Source of the DNA: Hamiltosporidium tvaerminnensis FI-OER-3-3
Taxonomy: Eukaryota; Fungi; Microsporidia
Length of the DNA: 64,000 nucleotides
Assembly: GCA_022605425.2 (NCBI GenBank)
Contig: CM061256.1
Location: 372,001-436,000 of the forward strand
Direction: 5' to 3'
Part shown: in pieces, positions 24,580 through 37,539 of the stretch
How the letters are laid out: each line of letters starts with the position of its first letter
Numbering within the stretch: position 1 is the first letter of the stretch
Notes under the pieces: generated by a model
Told to the model about the DNA's origin: nothing
The model's database searches: none
What the model saw: only the letters and a program-made list of their open reading frames with translations
Made by a program: the position numbers and the translations under genes

Positions 24580-26150
24580 CGGTTAATGGTTTGTTATTGT
24601 GTCAAGTAATAAGGTAAGATGTGTCGTTTGATACAAAAATATATCAAATCTTGAAGCAAACAATATAAAAGATATTAATAGATGAAATATTCTCAGATTT
24701 ACCTCAAATATACCAGAAGTTTACAATTAGAAAAATAAAGAACTTTAAAACGCGGCTGAAAGCTAAAAAATCATTGTTCAGAAAATTAAATGCTGGATAA
24801 GTTGCAGAAACCCGAGTTTTTTTCACTTGACTTATATATTCGGCAAAACGTAGTATATTTTTTAATACGGCGAATAAATTAAAAATTTTATCATTGCAAG
24901 GCTATTAAAAATGTGCTTGTAAAATATAAATGCATTAAAGATTATTTACTTACCCTAAATAGTAGCAAGATGAAAAGAGACATTTAAGATAGTATATCAA
25001 CACATGTATCAGACAAAACAAATACATAGAATGTTCTTATTGGCCTATATGTGTCTCGAAGGACGTTTCCGGAATGGCCCAAATTTCGCTTCTTGTTCGA
25101 GAGATTGATGCAAACATGAAGTATTTAAGAGCTTTTAGATGCTTTTAGTATTACAACACGATCACTGAAAATTATATTTTTCCAGAAACCAAAAATCTGT
25201 TGAGAAGAACAATATTCGAAGAAAAAACTTGAAATTTATTACAACTAATGACGGAGAAAATATTATTCCGGAAAAATAAAGGTGTCGTCACTCACGTAAC
25301 AAAGACCTTAGAAAAGTACGTGGCTATAAAATTTTCGATAAAAATTATATATACAGCCCCAATCTTTATAAGAAAACGCTGTACGTGTAGAGTGTTTTAA
25401 ACCAATCATATACGTGATTAACTGTATAAAAGCGCATGCACTGTATCATCGCCGATCTCGTGAATTTATTCAGGAAGTTAAAGAAAATTTTCCCCCAGTA
25501 TATTGCAAATTACTAGCTTAATTGTAAAACAAATTCAATCGAGTTTCTTAAGTTACACAAGACTTCCGAATATTTTTAAATAAAAGGAATCCTCAACCTT
25601 CTTTATACAGCAATGAATAACTATGTAATTGAATTTCATTCAGATTTACTTGGAACATTGAATGATCTGAATTTAAAATCACAAGGAAAGAATCAGATAT
25701 TCCCGAATCACAAACATATATTTATTCCATTCGTAAAAAAATAGTCTTGTTTAAATTTCAAATAAACAAATTTCTTCACACGTTTTGATACGTTTTTTGA
25801 AAAATCTTCGGCATCATTTTCAATATATTTTGCATTAGAAAGTTTATATACTTTCAAAATAAATTTATTCTCGTTTTTATGATTTCTATTTATTAGCAAA
25901 CGAAGTTACATTTTTTTCAGAATCATTTTAATGCCGATATAGAACCCCTAGCCAGGAACTTTAATTTAAAATTATAGCTATGCAAAGCGGTGATGGTTTA
26001 AAAGAAAAATATAGAAATTCATCATTACAGGGATTTTATAAGAGTTACAGTTATGCAATTCAATCACGTATATAAATTTACTTGTGGTTTTTTTCCGCTT
26101 TTGATACTACCAATCTATGTCAAGAAACATTCTCTAAATTGAATGCAGAA
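24580..26150 (+). mobile_element. Decayed hAT (SPIN/Buster, GTF2IRD2-like) transposase remnant
   Basis: Hand-translated fragments in the expected order: CLLCQ, SKDVSGMAQISLLVREIDA, TTNDGENI, VINCIKAHALYHRRSREF, SAFDTTNLCQETFSKL. No TIR identified. Confidence 0.65.
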
Positions 26151-26570
26151 AAAATAATTACACAATTAAATTAGCTTATATCTACAAAATGTAGTTAATG
26201 ATAGGTTCGAATGGTAAAAAGACCTACAATTTCGTGAAATTTTTGGTGATAAAATACACTACAACAATCTCATCAATTACAAATTAATCCAGAGTTTTAT
26301 ATTATTTTATTTGGGTTTTTTAGCAGCAGAAGCCGTATTTGTAAAATCCCTTCCCTCATTCTGTTCCACGCTGAATTTTACCCCTGGCTGAAAATAAAAT
26401 CCAGCGGATCGTGGCACCTGATAAATTGTATTGGGTCTGAAAAATTTTGTATTTAATTCTTTTCTTTAGACAAAAACATTTATTTTGATGGGAAATTTTA
26501 CATTTTGTGAATACGAAAAGATTTTAATAAAATAAGACCCTTTTAAGTGGAAAAAATATTTAGAAATTGA

Positions 26571-27291
26571 ACTTTTTTTAAAAGTATCAAATATTTTTAA
26601 AACAGTGGCAAGTGTTGTATTTATTTTCATTGCATTAACGCAGTTCTAGGTTTAACATAAATAATTGCTACCTCAAAACTGCATCAGTAACCCCTACGAT
26701 ACTTACATCCCAAAGCTTTTCATCTACCAGTTAAGTGGAACCTAATTAATAGACGAGGAAGTTGCCCGGAGTTTGTTAATATCCGTTGCATGGAGTGTGA
26801 TCCAAGACCGAAGCCCCCCCTGGGCTCCCCCGAGACTATGCAGCATTTCCACGTATTCTTCGCTTACCGATCCCAATAAACTGCTAGCCAAGATATATTT
26901 TAGAGAAAAACATAGGTACACGTAGACAGTGCAATAATATACCAACAGGTATAACCTGCATTTAGAATTCTTGGTTTTAGAATAGTTTTGTTTTTATATC
27001 TCCTAGGCGCTAAGTCTTCTACTCCGAGTGAGCAAGGCTAAGTTTCCATGTTTTAACATGACAATTATCTACATGATCAGCTGCGGTCTGCAATCTAGCT
27101 ACATAAAAAACTTAAAATAAACTTGTAGGAAAAGTTTCACAATTTCTTAGACCTCTTTTCCTCATACAAACTCCCATGGAACAACCGAAGATGCAATGTG
27201 GTTTTATTCCCACCAAAAGTTAAAAAAGGAACTTCACATCACTTTCTCACATTCGCCAAACAGAAGGTTTTTTATGTGATTATCCTCCCTC
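26571..27291 (-). mobile_element. SINE-like element, copy 3 (moderately diverged)
   Basis: Full-length colinear homology with the same ends; only a degenerate TSD candidate. Confidence 0.85.
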
Positions 27292-28482
27292 TGTTCAAAA
27301 ATTAAAAAGAAATGAATGAAAAAGATTAAAAAAAAGATTTAAAAGAAAGATGGAATAAAATATCAGAAAAATAAAATGAAGAAGCATTTAAACTATTTAC
27401 ATAATAAACATTTTGAACGCGTATGCGTTTTTCTAATTTCTTTGTTTTATCTAATCATTTCCCCATTGACTTTCTAGTTTTCCTTTATATAAGAAATATT
27501 TTTGTATTTTAATCCGAAAATTTAAAATGTTTTAAAATTATTATGTAAGTTACTCAGATATACTTCAATGAAGAGACTTTGACAAAATATATTTTTTTAA
27601 AGTTTTTTTACCAGAATTTTTGGAATTAAACATGGAAATGCAATATAGAATAAAGTTTGCGAAATAATTAAAGTAAAATAAAAAATAACGTACATTTTTA
27701 CAAAGAAATTCTACCAAAATCTAACTATAGAATATAAAAATCTAAGTCAAAAATGGGTATAAGCCCGAAACGGATATCTTAGCACAGCCTTTTTTATTTT
27801 TCGCAGGAAGACAGGAAAAAAACGACATCAAATAATAAAAATGTTATTAAAGATTTAAGAAAGTGTTGAAAATAATAAAATTTTATTTGCTGCAATCTTC
27901 CTTGTAATTTATATTAATTCATTTGCTTTGTTAAAAGACACCTACTCTACAAAAAAAATTGTAGTGGTTCATATGTAAGCAATCTTTGACCTGCCGCAGC
28001 AGGCAGATAAAATACGTTTACAGGGGCATTTTCGAATCATTTAATCTAAATAAACAAAAAAAGAACGCCAAAAATAATACGATCACACATAAAGTATAAA
28101 ATTTAAAGCAACGAATTCCAATTCAATAAATATCAAACGCAAAAGAAACCAAAATCTTATTTGTAAATTTAAAATACATGCCATATATAAAAATACAAAA
28201 AAAAGTATCGGAAAGAGCGTGAAATAAGGATTATATGAATAGAAATAGCGCTTGTATTTACTTGTTTTAAGAAAAAGAATTTTAGAAAATAATAAAATAT
28301 AAGCAAATTATAATTTAATTTGGCTGTTTCCATATAGAAATCCCAAGTTTTTTTTCCAACGTTGTATTTTTGGCGATAGCCGAAGGCATTTGTTTGGATA
28401 TTTATAAAAACAGTCAAAAACTAAATTTATTGATTTTTATTTAATTTCGTACAACGAAGCAGTTAAAAATCTAGAGATAAAA

Positions 28483-30885
28483 TTAGCCACTTAAATAAGT
28501 AAGAACTATATTAGAATTTTTTATATTTTCTTCGTAAAAATAACACTCATATGAATAGCTATACCTATACCTATCTAGATTTCCTTTTTCGAAATTATCC
28601 AAAGATAATATATAAATAGGTAAGGACCTCAGGAAATTTATAGTCGTAAAAAAATCAGAAGTAGAAAGCGTTAGTTTCAAATCTTTCAAAATTTTAAACC
28701 TTTTTAAATAAATTAAATCTTCGAGATATATTTGAACATATTGTATATCCAAAACTTTTAAACTATTTAGGAATTTACAATCATTTCCTAATTCAGAAAA
28801 ACTACATTGGTAAAATTTAGAATCTTTTAGATATAATTCCTCGAGACATTTAAGATTTTGTATTCGGTCCAGATCATTCTTATCTAAACAATTTTCAAGA
28901 TAATGAAGTTTTTTAAGTGAAAAATTGCACAGAGGATTTAATTTAGCCAAAAACCCAGATTCTAAATCACATTTAGCTATATTTAAGTTTTCTAAGCGTG
29001 TAAAAATACTTAAAATATCAAAATTCTTAAAAAAGGTCAAATTTGAGCGCACTATATCCAAAGATGTGATATTTTGTGGAAAAAAATCTCGGGTGCTATA
29101 ATTTGAAGTATAATCTAAATCACAAGAGAAAAAGGACAATTTTGTTAAAGCTTCAAGTTTAAATATTTCTGCAAATTCGGATTCATCAATTTTAGCATTC
29201 ATTAAGACAAATTCATTCAAAGATTTATAATTTCCCAAAAAATTAATATTTATACTTATTTTTCCTCTTGATGCATAAACACTTCTTCCTACACTAACGC
29301 ACAAAAATTTGATGCTTGGCATTTTAAATATAAAAGCATATTCTGCCATTCCTTTTTGCGGTAAATTTATTGTCAAATTTTCCAAGCCTTTCATATTATC
29401 AACTGTCTTAACCAAAGAAAGGGCTATATTTTCATCGCTAACATATGATTCGAGTTTAAAAGTATGTAAATATATAAAGTTTTTCAACAGAACATGCAAA
29501 TTACTCCAAATGCCTGTACTACCAAATGATATTTCCAAATATAAAACATCTTTGCATGAATTATCATGAATAAGTTCATTAAGAATACTTTCTTGTATTT
29601 TTGTACCGCTGAAATTTAATATTATCTTATGAACATTAGCAGATTTGAAAAAATCACACCATTTAAAGACTTTCATTTTAACATTTATCAAATGAATATA
29701 TTCTAAATTTAACTTCATATTAGATTCCACTGAATTATCTACCACACCCTCTATATCAATGCAATTCAATATCAATCCTTTAAGTTTTTGTTGTTCTAAC
29801 AAAAAAACAAGATTGGATAATTCGATCGTTAGATTCTTCAATGAAAGATATTCAATATCCTTTTTATTAATTGAATTTGGATCGTATAAAAATCCACGAG
29901 AATTATTTTTCGAATTTAAAACTACTATAGATTTGAAGAAAGTCAATGAACTAATAAACAAATATACATCTTCGATGTGATTTTCCAATTCCTCGTAATT
30001 ATTAATTATCAGAGATTTTATATTTATTTCATCCAATAATATCTGGAAAATACATAGGAAATTGGGAAGACCTTTAAGAGTATTTTTTAGAGTACGAAAT
30101 ATTTTGTAATTATTTATTAATAAATTCTTGTATGGAATATGTTCATTGAAATGTGAAGTATAATAGATATCTTTAGATTTTTCTAATAAAATCAAGTTTT
30201 CATCATAAAATGTATAATTTATCATAAGTATGTTCAAAAAAGCGATTAACAATCCTCTTTTAATATAAAAATCAAATTGAGACATAAAATTTGAATCAAT
30301 GATTTCTTCATGTTTTGTATTGTTTTTATCTGTATTAGAACAAATAAATACTTTAAAAATTAATGCTTGTAACAATTTAGCCAAATTTTTGTTATCTACT
30401 GCTTGTAAAAATTTTAAAGTCAAGAGAAAATATTTAAGCTGACAAATAGTAATTCTATCTGGTATTTCTGTAAAATCTTTAGATAGCTTTAAGTAATAAG
30501 ATAAATCAAAATTACAGTTTATAATTTTATTCTGGCAATTATTTTCGAATGAATTTGTCAATAACATATTGTTTAATAAATAAAACTCAATAAAATTTTC
30601 TTTTGTATATGTAAAAACTAGATCTTGTCGATCGAATTGATTTTCTTCATTGTTCTTATATAATTTCAGATCGAATTTTTCAATATTATGTTCAGAATTC
30701 TCTCGGTTATCTTGTCTTTGAAGGAAGAATAATATTTCGGAATTTTCGTTTTTGTAGGAATTGAAAGCAAATTTATATGCCGTAACAAGATTCAATGTCA
30801 TGAAGATCTTCAAAATAAAATACTGAATACAAAATTCATACCCTTTAAAAGCGCGTTTTTTCTTAAGATACACAATATTATTCAT
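28483..30885 (-). CDS. Leucine-rich-repeat protein, 800 aa (expanded family, possibly secreted)
   Basis: Hydrophobic N-terminal segment before AYKFAF; C-terminal LRRs (LENLNIAKCDL, LEELYLKDSKF, LKVLDIQY); paralogous to 59305-61650. Confidence 0.85.
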   Translation of the reverse strand: MNNIVYLKKKRAFKGYEFCIQYFILKIFMTLNLVTAYKFAFNSYKNENSEILFFLQRQDNRENSEHNIEKFDLKLYKNNEENQFDRQDLVFTYTKENFIEFYLLNNMLLTNSFENNCQNKIINCNFDLSYYLKLSKDFTEIPDRITICQLKYFLLTLKFLQAVDNKNLAKLLQALIFKVFICSNTDKNNTKHEEIIDSNFMSQFDFYIKRGLLIAFLNILMINYTFYDENLILLEKSKDIYYTSHFNEHIPYKNLLINNYKIFRTLKNTLKGLPNFLCIFQILLDEINIKSLIINNYEELENHIEDVYLFISSLTFFKSIVVLNSKNNSRGFLYDPNSINKKDIEYLSLKNLTIELSNLVFLLEQQKLKGLILNCIDIEGVVDNSVESNMKLNLEYIHLINVKMKVFKWCDFFKSANVHKIILNFSGTKIQESILNELIHDNSCKDVLYLEISFGSTGIWSNLHVLLKNFIYLHTFKLESYVSDENIALSLVKTVDNMKGLENLTINLPQKGMAEYAFIFKMPSIKFLCVSVGRSVYASRGKISININFLGNYKSLNEFVLMNAKIDESEFAEIFKLEALTKLSFFSCDLDYTSNYSTRDFFPQNITSLDIVRSNLTFFKNFDILSIFTRLENLNIAKCDLESGFLAKLNPLCNFSLKKLHYLENCLDKNDLDRIQNLKCLEELYLKDSKFYQCSFSELGNDCKFLNSLKVLDIQYVQIYLEDLIYLKRFKILKDLKLTLSTSDFFTTINFLRSLPIYILSLDNFEKGNLDRYRYSYSYECYFYEENIKNSNIVLTYLSG

Positions 30886-31189
30886 CGATTAACAAATATG
30901 GGATTTAATTTATATTTCATTCAACTAGTAAAATATTTTTGTAGAATATTTTATCAGTGATAAATTAAAAAAAGATATTTATATCTTTAATCAAAATAGA
31001 TTAAAGCGTAAAGTTTCTAAAATAAATGAATATTAAGTTTGGTTTTATATTATAAAAAACATGCATACATTTTTCATAAAACCATATTTGACTAATTAAA
31101 TTTTACTGATGGTAAATTAAAAAGAATTCTATAAATTATCATTGATATTAGGCCCTTTTAAACAATAAAACAAACCACAAATTACATAA

Positions 31190-32570
31190 AAAACAATTTT
31201 ATTAAATATTTTTTCTGCATTAATGAGTTTTATCTCTTTTATATATTATTTTCATCATTAGCCACATCTTTCTCTTATTTTGAATCCGACTCTTCCTTTG
31301 TGTTCATTGAAGGTTCCTTTAGTGTGAACATACATCTAAAATAATGGGCGTAAGATATTTTTTGTAATTTTCATTTTAACACTATCATCAAGATTGTCAC
31401 TTTCCTTATTAAGGTGTTAGTTGATTATTTATCCCACCCCCTTCAATACCATTTATGATGCTCTTTTCCAACTCTCTTTGGCATTTGCTTTTGAGTCAAG
31501 TCCTCTTGGTGATCAAATTAAATTGTTTCAAATTTCTTCTTGAGTACTACTGAGTAAATATATGCCGCTACATTAATGGGTATTTGTAGTCTTTTAGCAT
31601 ACATCTTATTGTATTTTGATACAATTCCGTCCTAGGTCACTATCACATAAAAATTAACTCCAAACTACAGTTATAAATAAGACCCGACTCATTTGCAAAT
31701 AGACTATACTTCTTAACCTTTTCTCGTTTCAACTATCTAAATATTATTTTGAGAAGTAATTACTACTTCAATAAGGATAATACTACTTTGCGTTCTATTC
31801 TAAATGAATATATCTTGTTTATAATTTTGAATTTCGACAATACTTTTTGTTTTGGTGTTTACTTTTATCTCTGCATACTCGTTATCAAGAGTTTCTCGAA
31901 CTTAGTAGCTCCGAATTTCGTTTTGAAGACTTGAAATTAAATCTATTTTGTAGAAGTAAATAAATGCTTTATATGATTTATTTGTTTCGTATAGTATAGT
32001 CATGACCAGGTATTTTTTCACACGTCGTTGATAAATAGTCTATTGTTTTTCTAGACGTGTTGCTGTGTTGAAACATACTTTCTGCTTCTCAAAATATATT
32101 TCTTTTCCTTAACTATCTTGACGAGTCCTTGAAACTTAACAGCTGTAAATTTATAGCTTTACATAACTTTGAATAAAGTTTTTAGATTTCGTTATACTAG
32201 TTAGCTAGTTGCAAATTCTACAATTTTTTTTGAAATTTCCTCTTATAACTCGAATTTTTATTTTTAAAAATATTTTATTGGTAAAGGATGAGCTTTGTTA
32301 TTGTTCTCAATCTTTAAACTTCCTGCTCTTCTGAGTTGTATCTTCAGATCATCCGAGACAACCCAAGAGCTGCAAAAACATATGTTCGCTTTTAAACTCG
32401 ACACTATGCAAAGCTCGCCTAAGATTTTTATGGAAAAGTCATAAAAATTCTTCATATATCGGGCGTAGATGAATTTGTTCTTTGCTAGCACACACGTACA
32501 GCATAATCTAGTTTTGAGAAGTTGGCTGGTTCTAATCGAAGTATATCTATAAAATAGTTTAGTATAGAAT
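31190..32570 (-). mobile_element. Decayed R4 LINE remnant (mirror of 4590-5968)
   Basis: Reverse-complement match to 4590-5968. Confidence 0.8.
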
Positions 32571-32700
32571 TTGCCTATTTGTTTATGGCTTTAAATAGAT
32601 TTCTGCCCTTAATTTCTTGGGATAAAGTCTGATGAATTTGTTTAAAAACTTATTTTTCTTATTTTTCAGAAAATAAATAACAAAAAAATTTTTATAACCC

Positions 32701-33765
32701 ATGAATCAAATAGAAACATATTTTTCACAAAAAAAGTGGTACAACCTTGCTTTATCAATTGAAGAAAATTTAGAAAAAAATAAATTAGTAAAAGAAATAC
32801 TTTTATTTATAGAAAATAAAATATTTCCTGTTTCTAAATCTTTCTATCCAACTACGTTTGCTTCAGTAGTTTTATCAACTATTAAACATAGAAACAGTAT
32901 TGATTTAATAGAAAAGGCACAGGAATTACTTCGAAACGATCTTTTAGAAACCGAAACACATTTTTTAGCTGTCGATTTTTTAGAAATTTACAGACTTGAA
33001 TTTATGTTGTTGAACGGAGATAAATGCCACACACAGGTTTATAATTTTTTAGAAAAAAAATTAAAAGATGCTCATAATAAGAAAATGATAGCAAATCTTT
33101 ACAGACTTTCGTATGAGTTCTACGAAATAATAGGAAAATACGAAGAAGCATATTCTTATCTTATAAAATATGTAGAAATATGTGGAATGCCTGACTACAA
33201 CGAAAGAAATTACAATATTTCTGATATTTCTCCAAAATTTCTTGCAGAAAAAATGGCTCGACTTTCTCTTCTTTCTAAAGATATTCATAATTATAATACA
33301 TTTTATACGTCACCAATATTTCCATATCTTGAGAATAAAGAACTTTCTGAACTTTATATAAATACAAAACAAGCAAATATTTCATTTCTAAAAAAAACCA
33401 ATTTAATTACAAAATATGGTTTATCAATTGATGGATTGATAGAAAAGGCTCATTTAATTTCTCTTCTGAATTATTTTTTTACACTTAAATCACATCGAGT
33501 AAGATTTGATGAAGCAGCAAAACTTCTTAATATTCCAAAAAGTGATGTACCTTCAATATTTTTAAAGTCTCTTAGTATGAAAATAGTCAAAGGCTATATA
33601 GACTGTGAAAAAGAAGAAATGGTTTTTACATTATTAATGTGTAAAATTTTAGAAACTAAAGATATTGATGATATGATTAATAAATTTGATTCTTGGAGAA
33701 GTAAAGTACGAAATGTAATAAATACCATGGATTTTGGAATTAAAAAATTAAAATTCTCAAAATAA
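32701..33765 (+). CDS. RPN9: Proteasome lid subunit Rpn9, copy B, 354 aa
   Basis: Near-identical to 3408-4457; longer C-terminus due to a 1-nt indel. Confidence 0.8.
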   Translation: MNQIETYFSQKKWYNLALSIEENLEKNKLVKEILLFIENKIFPVSKSFYPTTFASVVLSTIKHRNSIDLIEKAQELLRNDLLETETHFLAVDFLEIYRLEFMLLNGDKCHTQVYNFLEKKLKDAHNKKMIANLYRLSYEFYEIIGKYEEAYSYLIKYVEICGMPDYNERNYNISDISPKFLAEKMARLSLLSKDIHNYNTFYTSPIFPYLENKELSELYINTKQANISFLKKTNLITKYGLSIDGLIEKAHLISLLNYFFTLKSHRVRFDEAAKLLNIPKSDVPSIFLKSLSMKIVKGYIDCEKEEMVFTLLMCKILETKDIDDMINKFDSWRSKVRNVINTMDFGIKKLKFSK

Positions 33766-35539
33766 AAAAATCCTGTGTAAATTTCTTGTTTTTTGAATTC
33801 TAAATATTTTACTTGTTTTTAAATTTTAAAAAAATAGCTTTTTAGTATTTTTTTCAAAATTATTTCTGGTTATAATTGTATAATTTTAGATAAATATTTT
33901 GCAGTATAAAAGTAAATTTCTATATATAAACTGCTTGGAGAATTCAAATATTCATTGTAAGAAATTTGCTAAAATAAGAGTATAATTTATTAAGAATTAT
34001 TTATAATTGTAATAACATTGATGGAATCTTATGAAAATTACATTGTGTTACAAACAATTTACACATTTTAAAATAATAATATTTTAAAAAATTTCTTTTG
34101 TTCTTTTAAAAATAGCTAAATTAAATATTTTATCAAACATATAATATTTTTATACTACTTTTAACCTAAAATAAATTTTAGAAAATTATTATTTTAAAAT
34201 GTGTAAATTGTTTGTAATATTTTATATAAATATAAATATTTTTAAATTTATTTATCATTCCATCCGTTTACTTGGAAATACTAAAGAATATTTGAGAATC
34301 GTTAAATTATTTACTGATATTTTAGATTCATTGACTAAATATAAATGAAGAATAAAAAGTTAATTAGACATTTTCTCTATATTAGTCGTAAAAGATTTTC
34401 TTGAGTATTTAATTATTTTTTTATTCCCTATATAAAGAATTTGGTCACCTAAGCTTTTCAATATCTTACATAAATGTATAATTTTTTAATTTATAGGTTA
34501 GTTTCATTCTTTTGTAAGTATTTTAACTAGAACCATTTGGAATTAGCAATCAACTCTCATAATCACTATGAAAGAAATAAAATTAGAAATTATCATACTA
34601 TTAGATATTTTCATAAATAGTTTATTAAAAATTAAAGTAGTTTGCTACCGTAATAATATCATAAACACGAAATTTATTCGAGTTGGATAGCTTCAAATAT
34701 AATTAAAATCGACGTTTTTTTAATTACTTGGTAAAAATATATAAAAGTTAATAATTTTATATCAAAGATTTTTTTAGGTTCTGCTGCATATTAATAGAAT
34801 AATTCTATTATGGTGCTATCCTTTCGATAGAATCATAATTGCAATTTTTTTGTTAAGATATAAAAATTGATCCGTCTAGAGTTTAATTAAGTTAATATAG
34901 GAAGTATAAAAAACCCAAATAATTATACAATAAGAGTAATTAAACTACGAGTGCTTGAATTTAGAAGTATAATACATTTTTAATCGAGGAATGTTAAAAT
35001 AGGGGTATTATATAGATGACCACATCAAAAACTATTGTTTAGAAATGAGTCTGTGAAATTAATGTGAATTTCATTCTTAAATTTTTATGAGATATAAACT
35101 ACACTGGATATATAAGTCAATATTCTATAATCCTGTATTACAACAGCTTATAAAAAATTATAAATAAAGAACTGTTTCAGAATCAATGATCTGGCGTGAA
35201 TTGGATTGTGGCTTAATCAACAAAATAAGAAATTTATAGAGAAAATAGAATAACTGTGAATGTAAAATGGGTTGACTCTTATAAAACGATTTATCTGAAA
35301 AAGGAATAAACTCAATAAAAGCCAGACATTGATTAGCAATAGAATACCTTTGCATTCCATTTGTTAATCCTCTAAACAGAAAGACAACTTATCAGAATCG
35401 GTAAATAAGATATTTAAAAAATTAAAATTTTAAAACAAAGATAATTTAAAACCTATAAATAAATTTAAATAGAAAGTAAAATGAAATTAAGAAATAATAT
35501 ATTTAATATATCAAGAAAAGACAAATAATAAAGATATAA

Positions 35540-36469
35540 TTATACTTTGCAATACTCTGTTTCTGTTGACATTTCATAAGCACAAATATCCAAAGCAACT
35601 TCTGCACTTTCTCTAACGATGTCAGCATCACAGTTAAGATATTTCATAAGAATTTTGTGACATTCATCTGTACCAATTGCCCCGATTGCTTCTGCACATT
35701 CATGTCGAACCATATCGTGTTCGTTTTCATTATCAAGTACTTCTTTTAGATAAAGAATGCTCTCTTTCATTTTTAATTGTCCTAATACAAATGCTACTTC
35801 ATGTCTAAATAGGGCAGAATTATCTTTAAAGCCTTTCACCAATATACTTATGTTTTTCTTATTTCTTAAAGAAAACATAGCACCGTATCTAATATAAATG
35901 TCAGAGTGCTTCAAATATATAAATTCTAAGTAATTATCATTAATAATCAAAGGATATGCAGGATCACAAGAATCGAATTCTGATAATTCTATTTTATCAA
36001 ATTGAATAGAAGAATCGGATGAAGTATAATTTTTTAAAAAATTTTCACCTTTTTCAAAATTTATTTTATTTTCTGATTTATGATGATTTTCTATTTTTTT
36101 GATTGCTAAATAACATGTTTCTCGAACAGGAATTGAAATATCCTTAAGAAATGATTTTAAAAAATCGATATCATTTTTATCAAGAAAATTTCCAAGTGCT
36201 TCTGCTGCTTCGTGTCTTACGATCTCATTTTCTGCGGTATTGCTTAAAACATCTTTTAAAGTTTGTATACAAGTTGGATCTCGCATCTGTCCAAGTACAT
36301 ATGCCAATTCGTGTTTAAGTAGAACGGATTCATTGTGAAATGCAGACATAATGCTTAAAACTGATTCTGTATTGTTTATGTTGCGCAAAAAGAACAATGC
36401 GCGCATTTTCTGTGATATATTATAATGTTTTCCGTTTAAAATATCTCTTGCTTTATTTATTTCTAGCAT
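35540..36469 (-). CDS. DOHH: Deoxyhypusine hydroxylase, copy B
   Basis: Same four HE motifs; six substitutions relative to copy A. Confidence 0.95.
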   Translation of the reverse strand: MLEINKARDILNGKHYNISQKMRALFFLRNINNTESVLSIMSAFHNESVLLKHELAYVLGQMRDPTCIQTLKDVLSNTAENEIVRHEAAEALGNFLDKNDIDFLKSFLKDISIPVRETCYLAIKKIENHHKSENKINFEKGENFLKNYTSSDSSIQFDKIELSEFDSCDPAYPLIINDNYLEFIYLKHSDIYIRYGAMFSLRNKKNISILVKGFKDNSALFRHEVAFVLGQLKMKESILYLKEVLDNENEHDMVRHECAEAIGAIGTDECHKILMKYLNCDADIVRESAEVALDICAYEMSTETEYCKV

Positions 36470-37539
36470 CGTATGGGATCAATTTTTTTTTTGAATTTTT
36501 TATTTTTTTTGATTATAAAATTTTATTGAAAAAAGGCACGATTTTGCAATTTATTTCAAATAATGTGACAATGACAATCAATTAATCTAAAACTCAAACG
36601 AGTCTATATGAATCAATTTTAATTCTATTGCTATAAAATTTCAAATATCTATGGTTATACGAATAGTATGTTTAATATTATTGTATTCTTTAGAGAACTT
36701 ATAAACGTAACCAATTTTTTTCCCGGTTTCGATAAAATTATTTCCAAAATAAGTATATTTTAAACATATCTCTCTGAAATATAAGATTTTATAAAATTAT
36801 AAGAAACATTTATCGTACAAAACATAAACTACAATAACATCATATTCACCCTCTACTTTTAGTTTTAAACGAAACAAATAAATATAGGTAATACACACCA
36901 AATTTGTACGAAAAATGAAATTTGAGTTTTGACTTAGGTTTTTTGTGCGAAATTAAACACATTTTTAAATTACAAAAAAATTAAAAAAAGTCAGTCCAAC
37001 ATTGTTTAAAGAATCTATTTATAATGTGTGCTAAATTAAGATTTTTAACTATGGAAAAATAAATTAAAAACAGAAAAATAATTTTACTAACAAACTCGAT
37101 CTATGCTTTGAGTAAAAACTGTTGTTTAAAACTTGGTAGAATTTTATGTAAACAGAGTAAATATTTTCTTCTGTGTATTACAAACATAGAAATGATAATA
37201 AATTTATTGATATGGTTTTGAATAAATAATCCTTTGGTCGTATTTAAGGCATTATATATCCGTGGTATGGATTTTTGCAGTTATTTATGTACTAAAATGT
37301 TGGACGCTTTTTATTTTATCATGACGCAAAATAAATATATTATTGAAAACGGCAATATAGAAACTTAAGAACTTTCAGATCAAAACACCAAAAATATATT
37401 TTATGGTACTTCATGTAAGATAAGTTTTAGTTTTTATATTTTTGACATAAATAAGAAAAAAAAGTTGCAGTTGTTTGGTGAAAAAAATTTACAATGGTTT
37501 TTGAGCATCATTGTAAAAATTTCTTGTATATTATTAAGA

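Larger units (their letters stand above)
28520..37151. repeat. Right arm of inverted segmental duplication
   Basis: Reverse complement of 1-~8630. Identity is high out to ~29770 (=~7410) and lower in the LRR 3' half. Confidence 0.93.
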
